Origin: Bacteroidales bacterium UBA3754
GTDB lineage: Bacteria; Bacteroidota; Bacteroidia; Bacteroidales; UBA1715
Reading direction: 5' to 3'
Assembly: GCA_002371705.1 (NCBI GenBank)
Contig: DFGI01000096.1
Location: forward strand, 9,755 to 73,754
Length of the DNA: 64,000 nt
The notes beneath the pieces are model-generated. The model did not search any database. It had not been told where the DNA came from and saw only the letters and a list, made by a program, of their open reading frames with translations. Of the stretch, positions 9,038 through 19,600 are shown piece after piece (position 1 is the stretch's first letter; the number at the start of each line of letters is the position of its first letter). A program made the translations under genes and the position numbers.

Positions 9038-12000
9038 AAATACTAAAGGTATTTTATTTACGTATTCTTTTAAATTTTATTTTACAAATAGTGCGAATTC
9101 TAACCCGTCACAGAGCGTTTTTCTCAACTATCACAGCATTGTTTTCAATGCTGACAGCCAGTTTTGCGCAGTCGGCGTTGCAGAGCGGAACGTGGGCAAA
9201 AGTATCGGTCACAGAATCAGGAATCTACAAAATCACATACGAAGATTTGGCAGAATGGGGATTTTCCGACATAAACTCGGTTGCTGTATATGGGAACGGA
9301 GCTGGACCAAATTCATTGATGAACACAACCGACATTCCCGACACTCTGCACCCAATTGCAATTTCTGTTGTTACAGGAAACGACGCCGTATTCAACTCGG
9401 GGGACTACATATTATTTTACGGTCAATCGCCAAATGTATGGACATTCGACGCCAATCAAAAAACATTTTCGCACAAAAAAAACAGACTGAGCGACAAGAA
9501 TTATTATTTCATAACAACGAATAAAAAACCGATAATCATTTCAGAATCAGAAAGTTCCGATGCAGCCACAACATCATCGAATAGCTACGACAATCTGCAA
9601 TTCTACGAAAAAGACGATGTGAACCCAATTTCATCGGGACAAAATTATTTTGAAAGCGTTTCTTCCGAAAAATCTGTGCAGTTCCCCACTCCGTATGCAC
9701 TTTCAAACGCTACGGCGACTATTGCGTTTGCGGCACGGCATTCATCGCAGGCAAACGTATCTGTCACTATCAACGACGAATCAATGGAATCATTGCTATT
9801 TTCGCCAACAAATTCGAACAAACCATACGCACGGCTTCAAGCAAAAACATTTTCATTTTCCCCCAAAGAAAAAAACTCCATCACGCTCAAATTGAAATAT
9901 TCGGGAGCAAGCAGCCGAGGCTACTTGGACTACGTGGAACTCCGCACCCGTTGCGCATTGCAAATTGACGGAAACGAGCAACTGATTTTCAGGGATGTCG
10001 AATCCATTTCAAATGGAATATGCTCATACACAATACGTTCATCATCGTCAAAAACAATTTGGGACATCACCAATCCTGAACAACCAATAGCACTCAAATC
10101 TTCGTTCACAAATGGGAACACTCAATTTTCGGCAGACTGTTCCACACTTCACGAATTCATTGCATTTTCAAAAGATTTCAAGTCAGTAAATTTCGAAAAA
10201 ATTATTGACAATCAGGACATTTTAAAAAACTCAAACATTGATATGCTTATTATCGCAAATCCAATGTTCAACGAACAAGCAAACAGACTTGCCCAATTAC
10301 ACACGACCATCGACAAATTCACATGCGCAGTGGTTTCACAAGAGGAAATCTGCACAGAATTCGCAGCAGGCAGGAAAGACGTGGCAGCACTTCGCGACTA
10401 CATCCGCTACATTTACATTCGTGGCGGGAAAAAACTGAAATATGTGCTTTTGTTCGGTGATGGCACATTTGCCAACAAAACAATTGATTTCAACGGGCCA
10501 TACATCTTCACATTCCAGACAAAAGAAACGCTCAACGAGGATTACTCTCTTTGCTCCGATGACTTTTTCGGATTGCTTGACAAAAATTCTGGCGTAAAAT
10601 CAAACGACACGTTTGTCGGCGAACTGAAAGTTGCAATTGGAAGATTGCCCGTCACGACAAAAAGTGAAGCGGAACACATCACCGACAAAATAATTCAATA
10701 TTCCACCAATCCATTGTATCGTGGCGATTGGCAAAATTACCTTTGTTTTCTTGCCGACGATGCCAACGAAAATCAGACAACACACATGAACGATGCGGAT
10801 TTATTATGTACATCCATCACAAAATCATATCCACAGTTCAATTTTGACAAAATCTACGCCGACGCATACAAACAAGTCCGCAGTAGTGCCGGCGAACGTT
10901 ATCCCGATGTGGTTAAAGCTATAAACGACAGGATTCAGAAAGGCTGTCTGATATTCAACTACAGCGGCCATGGCAATGAAACCCGAATGATGGCAGAATA
11001 CGCCGTGGAAGCAACCGCAGTTGAATCATGGAAAAACACCACCAAATTACCATTTTTCATCGCCGCAGCATGCAACATTGCCCACTTTGACTACAACGGG
11101 ACTTCGCTTGGTGAAAAATTGCTCACACAAAAAAATGGCGGCGGCATCGGCATCATCAGCGCAACACGTTATTCCTATGCCTCGGCGAACTACACGCTCT
11201 GCGACAATATATATAAGTATATTTTTGACTTAGATACGCTCCAACAACCTCGAACCATTGGCGAAGCATTTTTATTGGCAAAAGCGAACACTGCTAACGA
11301 TATGTACCAAAACAAACGAGTGTATATTCTGCTCGGCGACCCAGCCCTGCGACTTGCCGTACCGAAATATTCCATTGCAATAGATTCCATCAACAACATA
11401 CCTTTTGCCGAATTCAACGACACAATCAAAGCGTTATCCACACTGCAAATTTCTGGTCATATTGAAACCCCAGATGCTCAAATAGACGACAAATACGATG
11501 GGATTCTCTCAATAAAATTATTTGATAAATCACAGTCCATCACCACATTAGGAAACGACAAGAATGATGTGATTACATTTGATTCATACACAAACACTCT
11601 ATTTCAGGGAATGGCGAGCGTACAAAACGGAAGGTTTTCATTTTCCGCAATATTGCCCCAGGACATTTATTATTACAACGGCAAAGGGAAACTCAGCCTA
11701 TACGCAACAAACGACAGCATTCAAGCCGCTGGAGCATTTTACGATTTGCTGATAAACGAAAGTTTAACTTCGGAAGACGATGATTTTTCTGGTCCAACAA
11801 TTTCAATGTACCTCAACGAAAAGAATTTCACCAACGGTTCAATGACAAACCAAAACCCAACATTGCGAATTTTTGTTACAGATTCATCAGGCATCAACAT
11901 TTCCAATGCATCAATCGGACATAGCATAACACTAACAATTGACGGTGATGAGTCAAACCAAATCACCCTCAACGATTTTTACTATGCCGATTTGAACACA

Positions 12001-12444
12001 TATACCTCTGGTTCAATAGAATACAAATTATTAGACCTTGCCGAAGGAGAACACACACTAACATTGACCATGTGGGATTCGTACAACAATCCGTCAGAAA
12101 TGGAAATAAATTTCTATGTAGTTAATTCAAAGGACGTTACAATCAAAAACGTATATAATTACCCCAATCCGATGAAAGATATCACCTATTTCCATTTCGC
12201 CCACAACCAAGCGGGAAACGAGGCCAAAATCACAATAAAAATATATGACCTTTCTGGGAATTTGGTTCGATCCTTTGTAACGGAAAAAACAGCATCAGGA
12301 TTTCTTGATACCGAATTATTTTGGGACGGGAAATCGGCAAACGGTTCCCAGATGCAAAACGGCATTTATCCATATACAATTGAAATTCAAACAAATACAG
12401 GAGAAACGCAATGGTCGGAACAAAAAATTTTATTGGCGAAATAA
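9031..12444 (+). CDS. porU: type IX secretion system sortase PorU (C25 gingipain-like peptidase family)
   Basis: ~1130 aa, immediately upstream of porV. The central peptidase-like region includes MLIIANPMF...VLLFGDGTF...NYSGHGN. The C-terminal beta-sandwich ends in an IYPYTIEI-type CTD-like segment. The true start may be the GTG at 9091, which gives (M)RILTRHRAFFSTITALFSMLTASFA-QS as a plausible signal peptide. Confidence 0.8.
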   Translation: MPKILKVFYLRILLNFILQIVRILTRHRAFFSTITALFSMLTASFAQSALQSGTWAKVSVTESGIYKITYEDLAEWGFSDINSVAVYGNGAGPNSLMNTTDIPDTLHPIAISVVTGNDAVFNSGDYILFYGQSPNVWTFDANQKTFSHKKNRLSDKNYYFITTNKKPIIISESESSDAATTSSNSYDNLQFYEKDDVNPISSGQNYFESVSSEKSVQFPTPYALSNATATIAFAARHSSQANVSVTINDESMESLLFSPTNSNKPYARLQAKTFSFSPKEKNSITLKLKYSGASSRGYLDYVELRTRCALQIDGNEQLIFRDVESISNGICSYTIRSSSSKTIWDITNPEQPIALKSSFTNGNTQFSADCSTLHEFIAFSKDFKSVNFEKIIDNQDILKNSNIDMLIIANPMFNEQANRLAQLHTTIDKFTCAVVSQEEICTEFAAGRKDVAALRDYIRYIYIRGGKKLKYVLLFGDGTFANKTIDFNGPYIFTFQTKETLNEDYSLCSDDFFGLLDKNSGVKSNDTFVGELKVAIGRLPVTTKSEAEHITDKIIQYSTNPLYRGDWQNYLCFLADDANENQTTHMNDADLLCTSITKSYPQFNFDKIYADAYKQVRSSAGERYPDVVKAINDRIQKGCLIFNYSGHGNETRMMAEYAVEATAVESWKNTTKLPFFIAAACNIAHFDYNGTSLGEKLLTQKNGGGIGIISATRYSYASANYTLCDNIYKYIFDLDTLQQPRTIGEAFLLAKANTANDMYQNKRVYILLGDPALRLAVPKYSIAIDSINNIPFAEFNDTIKALSTLQISGHIETPDAQIDDKYDGILSIKLFDKSQSITTLGNDKNDVITFDSYTNTLFQGMASVQNGRFSFSAILPQDIYYYNGKGKLSLYATNDSIQAAGAFYDLLINESLTSEDDDFSGPTISMYLNEKNFTNGSMTNQNPTLRIFVTDSSGINISNASIGHSITLTIDGDESNQITLNDFYYADLNTYTSGSIEYKLLDLAEGEHTLTLTMWDSYNNPSEMEINFYVVNSKDVTIKNVYNYPNPMKDITYFHFAHNQAGNEAKITIKIYDLSGNLVRSFVTEKTASGFLDTELFWDGKSANGSQMQNGIYPYTIEIQTNTGETQWSEQKILLAK

Positions 12445-12495
12445 TTTTTTATATCCAAACAATAATCAACCGTTTTTCAAGTTTATAAAAAAACG

Positions 12496-12503
12496 TATAT
12501 TTG
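12496..12503 (+). promoter_or_regulatory. -7 promoter box TATATTTG upstream of porV
   Basis: Exact TAnnTTTG, 22 nt upstream of the ATG at 12525. Confidence 0.4.
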
Positions 12504-12524
12504 CATAATTTATTTATTAAGACG

Positions 12525-13727
12525 ATGCGACGGATTCTATTAACAATACTCTCTCTTATGATGGGCACAGCGCTGTTTGCCCAACAAATTGATACAGACA
12601 AAAGTGGTTCTCAAAGCACAGGTCAAGACCTAACAAAATACAACGTAATCACAACAGCGGTTTCGTTTCTTACCATCACACCTGACTCACGAAGCGGTGC
12701 AATGGGAGATGTTGGAGCCGCAACCACACCCGATGTGTGGGCACAACACAGCAACGCCTCAAAATATGCGACTTCAGACGACGATTTCAGCGTAGGACTT
12801 TCATACACGCCATGGTTGTCGAACTTAGGAATAAAAGACATTAATTTGATTTATCTTGCTGGCTACAAAAAGCTTTCAAAAAAAGAAGCTGTTGGCGCAT
12901 CGCTATGCTATTTCTCATTAGGCGACATAGAAGCGTACGATGAAGATGGTAACCGCGCAGGAATCACAATTTCGCCCCAAGAATATTCCATAGATGTTTC
13001 ATACTCACGCTATTTGGCCGACAATTTTGTTATGGGTATGACAGGACGCTTTATATATTCAAACCTAACTGGCGGAACATTAGAAAATTACCACGCAGGG
13101 AAGGCTGTAGCCGCCGATATTTCCGGAACGTATTTCAAGGAATTCAAATCGACGATGCCTGGTTTGTTGACCGCTGGATTCAACATTTCGAACATTGGTT
13201 CAAAAATATCATATTCAAATGACAACAAAGACTTTATTCCTGCTAATCTAAAACTTGGATTGGGTTACAACATGGATATTGACCAATATAATAAACTTGG
13301 TGTATATTTCGATGTAAACAAACTGCTGGTTCCTACTCCACCAATTTACATTAAGGACAGCAACGGCAATATATCAGAAACCAAAGGGAAAGACAATGAA
13401 GTATCGGTGCCACAAGGTATTTTCCAATCGTTCTATGATGCGCCAAACGGATTCAGCGAAGAGATGAAGGAATTCACATTGAGCATAGGCGCCGAATATT
13501 GGTACAACCAACAATTTGCCGCTCGATTGGGATATTTCAACGAAGCCGATACGAAAGGAGACAGAAAATATTTCACAGCTGGTGCTGGACTACGGTTGAA
13601 TATCTTTGGATTGGATTTTTCATATCTGATTCCTGTTAACGGCAAAAATTCGCCATTGGCAAACACATTCCGTTTTTCCATCACATTTGATTTCGAAAGC
13701 ACAGGAAATTCAAACTCTAAACGATAA
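12525..13727 (+). CDS. porV: type IX secretion system outer membrane channel protein PorV (LptO)
   Basis: The ATG at 12525 gives MRRILLTILSLMMGTALFAQQ. The ITTAVSFLTITPDSRSGAMGDVGAATTPD motif is typical of PorV, and the protein is a FadL-like barrel of ~400 aa. Confidence 0.8.
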   Translation: MRRILLTILSLMMGTALFAQQIDTDKSGSQSTGQDLTKYNVITTAVSFLTITPDSRSGAMGDVGAATTPDVWAQHSNASKYATSDDDFSVGLSYTPWLSNLGIKDINLIYLAGYKKLSKKEAVGASLCYFSLGDIEAYDEDGNRAGITISPQEYSIDVSYSRYLADNFVMGMTGRFIYSNLTGGTLENYHAGKAVAADISGTYFKEFKSTMPGLLTAGFNISNIGSKISYSNDNKDFIPANLKLGLGYNMDIDQYNKLGVYFDVNKLLVPTPPIYIKDSNGNISETKGKDNEVSVPQGIFQSFYDAPNGFSEEMKEFTLSIGAEYWYNQQFAARLGYFNEADTKGDRKYFTAGAGLRLNIFGLDFSYLIPVNGKNSPLANTFRFSITFDFESTGNSNSKR

Positions 13728-14206
13728 TGAAAATCCGAATTGGTCAAGGATACGACGTTCACCAATTAGCTGAAGGATTACCATTTGTATTAGGAGGCGT
13801 GCATATTGAGCATAGCCACGGCTTGGTTGCCCACTCTGATGGTGACGTGCTTCTCCACAGCATTTGCGATGCGATTTTGGGCGCTGCGGCAATGCGCGAC
13901 ATTGGCTATCACTTTCCCGACAACAGCAACGAATTCAAAAATATAGACAGCAGAATTTTGCTTCGAAAAACCAAAGAGTTAATCTCGGCAAACGGTTGGG
14001 AAATTGGGAACATTGATGCAACAATCTGTCTGCAAAAGCCAAAATTATTACCACACATTCCACAAATGTGCAAAAACATTGCCGACGACCTACAAATTGA
14101 TATTTCAGATGTGTCAGTAAAAGCAACAACAACTGAAAAACTCGGTTTTGTTGGTCGCGAGGAAGGAGTTGCAGTTTTTGCCGTAGCATTAATACAAAAA
14201 CAATAA
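13727..14206 (+). CDS. ispF: 2-C-methyl-D-erythritol 2,4-cyclodiphosphate synthase
   Basis: 159 aa with IGQGYDVH and HSDGDVLLHS motifs. The start overlaps the porV stop (TAATG). Confidence 0.9.
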   Translation: MKIRIGQGYDVHQLAEGLPFVLGGVHIEHSHGLVAHSDGDVLLHSICDAILGAAAMRDIGYHFPDNSNEFKNIDSRILLRKTKELISANGWEIGNIDATICLQKPKLLPHIPQMCKNIADDLQIDISDVSVKATTTEKLGFVGREEGVAVFAVALIQKQ

Positions 14207-14210
14207 TTGT

Positions 14211-15221
14211 ATGAATTCAATTTTGAAATATACCATAATTCTCTCGTACGTGTTGTTCAGCCTGACATCATGCAAAAACGGCATTGGGGGCAGTTCAATG
14301 ACGGGAGAGCCAGGAGAATTGTTGGTTGTTATCAATGATGAATACAAGAATTCGGAAACTGGAGAACAAATCTGTGCTGTGCTCAACGAAGAAGAAATTG
14401 GTCTAACACAATCAGAATCACCATTTTCAGTTTTACTTATCAGTCGGAACAATTTTTCCAGCACATTCAGAAATTACCGAAACATATTGTTTCTTGATGT
14501 TGATAAAAAATTCACCAAACCACAAATCCAATACCGCAAAGACCTTTGGACACAACATCAAGCGTATGTGAGCATAGGCGCTGGCAATGCGGAGGAACTG
14601 AAAGAGGTTTTGAATATAAAAAGAAGCAATATCATAGAATATTTTATCCAAGCGGAAATTGAGCGCTACCAGCAACTCTACAAGCAAGCGAACAATCAAA
14701 TTGTAGAAAAAAGCATTAAAAAACAATTTGACATCAACATTTCCGTTCCCGTTGGCTACAATGTCAATAAAACAGCAGATGGTTTTATGTGGATTTCACT
14801 TGAGTCAAAGGTTCATAGTCAAGGACTTATCATTTACGAACGTCCATATACCGACACCGCGCAATTCAACAAAGCGAATTTGCTTAATTATCGGGATTCC
14901 ATTGTAAAAATCCACATTCCTGGTCCTACCGAAGGGAGTTTTATGACGACGGAATACATTCTTCCCACTCAATATAAAGTCGGGAAATACATTTTGGATG
15001 ACTTCACCGTTGAGTTGCGTGGAAAGTGGCGTGTGGAAAACGATTTTATGGCGGGACCATTCACCAGTTACACATTCTGCAATCCTGGGAAAAACAAACT
15101 CATAACAATCGAGGGATACGTGTATTATCCGAACAAAGAAAAGCGAAACTTTATGCGACAATTACAAGCCATCTGTCGTTCGGTTTATTTTGACAAACAA
15201 GTTGACAAAACAGCAGAATAA
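14211..15221 (+). CDS. lipoprotein, DUF4837-like (tentative)
   Basis: 336 aa with lipobox LTSC. The GEPGELLVVIND segment and overall size recall the Bacteroidetes DUF4837 family. This is recalled from memory and not searched. Confidence 0.45.
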   Translation: MNSILKYTIILSYVLFSLTSCKNGIGGSSMTGEPGELLVVINDEYKNSETGEQICAVLNEEEIGLTQSESPFSVLLISRNNFSSTFRNYRNILFLDVDKKFTKPQIQYRKDLWTQHQAYVSIGAGNAEELKEVLNIKRSNIIEYFIQAEIERYQQLYKQANNQIVEKSIKKQFDINISVPVGYNVNKTADGFMWISLESKVHSQGLIIYERPYTDTAQFNKANLLNYRDSIVKIHIPGPTEGSFMTTEYILPTQYKVGKYILDDFTVELRGKWRVENDFMAGPFTSYTFCNPGKNKLITIEGYVYYPNKEKRNFMRQLQAICRSVYFDKQVDKTAE

Positions 15222-15230
15222 TTATTCGAT

Positions 15231-16085
15231 ATGAATATTGCGAAATATTTTTCACTCATAAAATTTTCCCATACAATTTTTGCGTTACCGTTCGCCGCAA
15301 TCGGATTTTCGTTGGCTGTATGGTACGCCAATTATCCGTTTGAATGGAGATTGTTGCTCTGTGTGCTTCTTTGTATGGTATTTTGCCGCTCAGCCGCAAT
15401 GGCGTTCAACCGTTTAGTTGATTACAAATTCGACAAAAAAAACGAGCGCACCGAAAACAGAGAAATTCCAGCAGGCGTTATTTCCCCAAGAGCCGCATTG
15501 ATATTTGTAATTCTGATGTCGCTTCTATTTATAGCAACCACGTGGTTCATCAACAGACTTTGTTTTTTTCTATCACCTGTTGCTTTGGCGGTTGTGTTAT
15601 TTTACTCCTACACAAAACGATTCACCTCGTTGTGCCACTTTTTTTTAGGCATAGGTCAGGCGTTAGTGCCAATTGGCGCATATATAGCCGTTTCCGCTGA
15701 ATTTGCGATTATTCCCATCATTTTTTCATTTATTGTGTTGGGATGGATGGCTGGTTTTGACATCATTTATGCACTACAAGACGAAGAATTCGACCGTCGG
15801 GAATCCTTGCACAGCATTCCCGAACGATTAGGAAGAAAAAACGCTCTCCGTGCCTCAATTGGTATTCATGTTGTAACCGCGATACTTGTTGTAATTGTAG
15901 GTTTTATTGCTGAATTTTCATGGTTGTATTGGATTGGTTCCGTTTTATTTATTGGTTGTTTGATATTCCAACACACAATAGTTTCACCAAACGACATCTC
16001 GAAAGTAAACCTTGCATTCAGCACGACCAATGGATTTGCGAGCATAGTTTATGCCACATTTACCATTGCAAGCCTATTTGTTTAG
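15231..16085 (+). CDS. UbiA-family prenyltransferase (4-hydroxybenzoate polyprenyltransferase-like)
   Basis: 284 aa with ~8 TM helices and two Asp-rich motifs (NRLVDYKFDKKNERT and DIIYALQDEEFD). Confidence 0.75.
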   Translation: MNIAKYFSLIKFSHTIFALPFAAIGFSLAVWYANYPFEWRLLLCVLLCMVFCRSAAMAFNRLVDYKFDKKNERTENREIPAGVISPRAALIFVILMSLLFIATTWFINRLCFFLSPVALAVVLFYSYTKRFTSLCHFFLGIGQALVPIGAYIAVSAEFAIIPIIFSFIVLGWMAGFDIIYALQDEEFDRRESLHSIPERLGRKNALRASIGIHVVTAILVVIVGFIAEFSWLYWIGSVLFIGCLIFQHTIVSPNDISKVNLAFSTTNGFASIVYATFTIASLFV

Positions 16086-16561
16086 TTTGCACGCTCTATA
16101 GAAAGAGAAAACGAAACGATCCCGAACAACGAATCCTGATGCGAATCCAATGCTAATTCAAAGGTATTCAATCCTTTACGGAACGAATTGGCATAGAACA
16201 AAGTTTGCTGCAATTCCACCAAACTATCGGAACGCATTAAGCCAATCGGTTGGAATTTATTGTTATACAACGGAATAGCTATTGGAATAGAAACAGACTC
16301 ACCGTATGGAGAACGATACCCCAATTCGAGCGGCAATTGAAACGCCGACACCGTTGGTTCATGAACAACAGACAGCACCACATTATATAACTGGAACGTA
16401 TCAGCGGTATTCTCAAATTCAAATCGAGGATGTTCGTTTTTAGTAAGAAGATTATTTTCGAACGCATACGTTTTTTCATACGCAACATCCTTACCCTCAC
16501 ACGATTGAAACAACACAGACACCAATCCGACAAATAGTCCTATATAACAAAACTGTTTCAT
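16082..16561 (-). CDS. gldH: small lipoprotein, possibly gliding motility lipoprotein GldH
   Basis: 159 aa with lipobox LFQSCEG. Size and the context of other gld/por genes fit GldH, but sequence recognition is weak. Confidence 0.4.
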   Translation of the reverse strand: MKQFCYIGLFVGLVSVLFQSCEGKDVAYEKTYAFENNLLTKNEHPRFEFENTADTFQLYNVVLSVVHEPTVSAFQLPLELGYRSPYGESVSIPIAIPLYNNKFQPIGLMRSDSLVELQQTLFYANSFRKGLNTFELALDSHQDSLFGIVSFSLSIERAN

Positions 16562-16601
16562 ATTCTTGAATTTTTCGCGGTCAAAGATACAAAATCAATT
16601 A

Positions 16602-19600
16602 TTACCGAACTAACACTTTTCGTACTTGCACTGAACCTTCTGGAGATATTAGTTTAACAATATACACACCCATTGTTGGCATATAGTATTCAACATCAAT
16701 ATCAGGAGATTTCGATGTAAAGTGGGTAATTTCACCTACTGGATTTATGACATAAATATCGTAGTCCTTTACGTATTTCAATATGATATAATGTGGTATT
16801 GTATAAAGTTGTAGTTCAGTGTTTTCAATCTTACGGAACCGAGCTTCCAATTCCACATCTTTCGTCATCATAATATTGCGGACCGTATCAGTGTTGCCAT
16901 CGCTCCATTCAATAAACTCATATCCTTCCGCCGCTTGTACAGAAACCACCGCAACCTGCATAAAGTCGAAGATGCCATCTCCTGTCACCACACCTGCGCT
17001 ATCATCGCTGAGTTTCAACGTAAGTTGATATTGTTCAGGAACAAAGTTAGCAATTATCAGCGTATCGCTCAACACGGTAACACGTATGGTGTCGGTGGTT
17101 TGACCTGTTGACCAACCGCCCAATTTATAGCCATAAATTGGGTTAGCAACTAATTCTGCATCAGACTGATAGCTATACAAACCAGCCCCTTCGACCGTTC
17201 CAAAATATGAATCATTGACCGACAATCGAACTTCATACTCTATTGGAACAAAATTAGCCACCAGATTAGTAGATGCCTTAATCCTATAGGTGCGCAAAGC
17301 AACGGTGTCGCCATCGCTCCACGAATCAAAGCGGTAGCCTTTTTCTGGTACAGCGGCAATTTCAATATCGGAGCCATATTCATATGAGCCGCTACCATCA
17401 ACGCTTCCCATAGATTCATCGCTGCTATACAATGAAAGTTCATACACAATAGGTTTGAAACGAGCTTCGTATGTTGTATCTTCCACCACAACAATGCGTC
17501 GCTTCATATCAACCACGCCATCGCTCCATTCAATAAATTCATATCCATATTTACAACGTGCCTCTATCACCGTATCCACATTTATGTTATACACGCCTGC
17601 GCCGAACACTTCACCATAATTTTCATTATTAACTGTAAGTGTCACAGTATATTGAGTTGGTTTGAACACAGCCATAAACGTAGTATCATTCACAATTACA
17701 AATTTGCGGGTTGCATTTGTGTTTCCATCATCCCATTTCACAAACTCAAAGCCATCGCGAGGTTCTGCAGTTAGCGTAACCATAGAATTATAATTGTAAC
17801 TTCCCACACCAGCAACGGTTCCCATCAACACATCGTTAGTCATAGCCGATACGATGAATGTTTTCGGTTTAAAATATGCCGTATCATACATATCGCCATT
17901 CATGACAAACGTTTTCTGCGTATTTTTCGAGCCATTTGCCCATTGATAGAATTCATACCCTTCGTTTGGAACAGCTTCAACAGTAACTTCGGAATTGAAG
18001 TCATACAAATCGTAACCGCCTTCTATATAGCCGAAATTTGAATTATTCACAGCTATTGAAATGCTGTATTGCAATGGTTCGAACAGTGCTTCCACAGAAT
18101 AATTTTTCAATACGGTCAACTGACGAGGATTTTGCATCACACCATCGCTCCAACGAACAAAATGGTAGCCATAGTTTTCAACCGCACGCAATTCCAACGA
18201 ATAATTGTAATCGTAGATTCCGCCTCCGTCCACGTAGCCATAAGCGACATTGTTTGCAGTTGCCGTAATGCTGTATTTTGCAGGCGAGACAGTATATTGC
18301 GCAACGTAGGTTTCTGTTTTCGTTACAGGCGAGATATCATGGTTCCATCCTTTGAACGTATAACTTGACGCAGCATCGGTAGCCCGTTTTGGCGTTTCAC
18401 CATCGTACAAAGGCATATCACCATAATTCAGCACAGAAACTTGCAACATAGTCCCATCGTAATTCTTAAACGACACAACATATTGGTTCACCACAGTATT
18501 GTAAGTAATTGTATATGTTGCATTTCCAGTAACAGATTCAAGTTCAGGCGACCAGCAACAGAACGAATATGAATATTGTTCATTGCCAACCTTCGCAGGA
18601 ATCTCTTCGGTGAATGTTGGCATTTCGCCATAATGCGCCATTTGTTTCAACAGCACCGTTGTGCCGTCTTCCGACATAAAATTCACAAGATACGTTTTCG
18701 GTGTTTTTGCATAAACAGCCGTATAAGTTGCTTCCGTCGTTACCGGTTGCAAATCGGGCGACCAACTTTCGAACGTGTATGAATATTTGTCGTCAGCCAA
18801 TTTTGTTGGAATCGGACACGTTGGAACAGAACGATAATTGAATTCTGTTTGCTGCAAAATCGTACCATCTTCATCCACAAATGTAATCACATACATATCC
18901 GATGCAAGCATATAGGTTGCCGTGTAAACCGCATCGCCCACAACCTTAACAGGAGTAACATTCCAACCCGCAAACGTATATACATTGCCAACATCGTTTG
19001 GCTTTTGAGGCAAAGCGCCATCATACGACGGCACTACCCCATATTCGTACGATGATTGCTGGAGAACCGAACCATCTTCGTTTTTGAACACGACAGTATA
19101 GGTATTCGCAACAGACTCATACATAGTCGTATAGGTCTCATCGCCAACGACAGGAACAATCGTTTTGTTCCAACCAATAAAAGCAAACGATTCTCTTTCA
19201 GAACCCATTTTTGTTGGAACTGCTCCGTGGTATTCAGGCATTTCGCCGTATAATACTTGTGTATTCTGCAATTCTGTGCCGTCTTCATTAACAAACGCAA
19301 TTGAATATGTATTTGTAATTTCCGAATATTGTGGACGATACGTTGTTGCTGCGTTAACTGGAGTTATCGCAGGATTCCATCCCTCAAACGAATATGTGAA
19401 CTGCTCATTTGATGGTTTTGTTGGAGCATTGCAAGTTGGCAACGAACCATATTCATATTCACCGGAAGCAGAAAGCTTTTCGCCATTTTCATCTTCAAAT
19501 GTTATAGCATACTTCCGCAATGATTGTGAGAATCGAGCCGTATATACCACATCGGCAGTAACAACTTCCACTGGTTTATCCCACCCAATAAATGTGTAAA

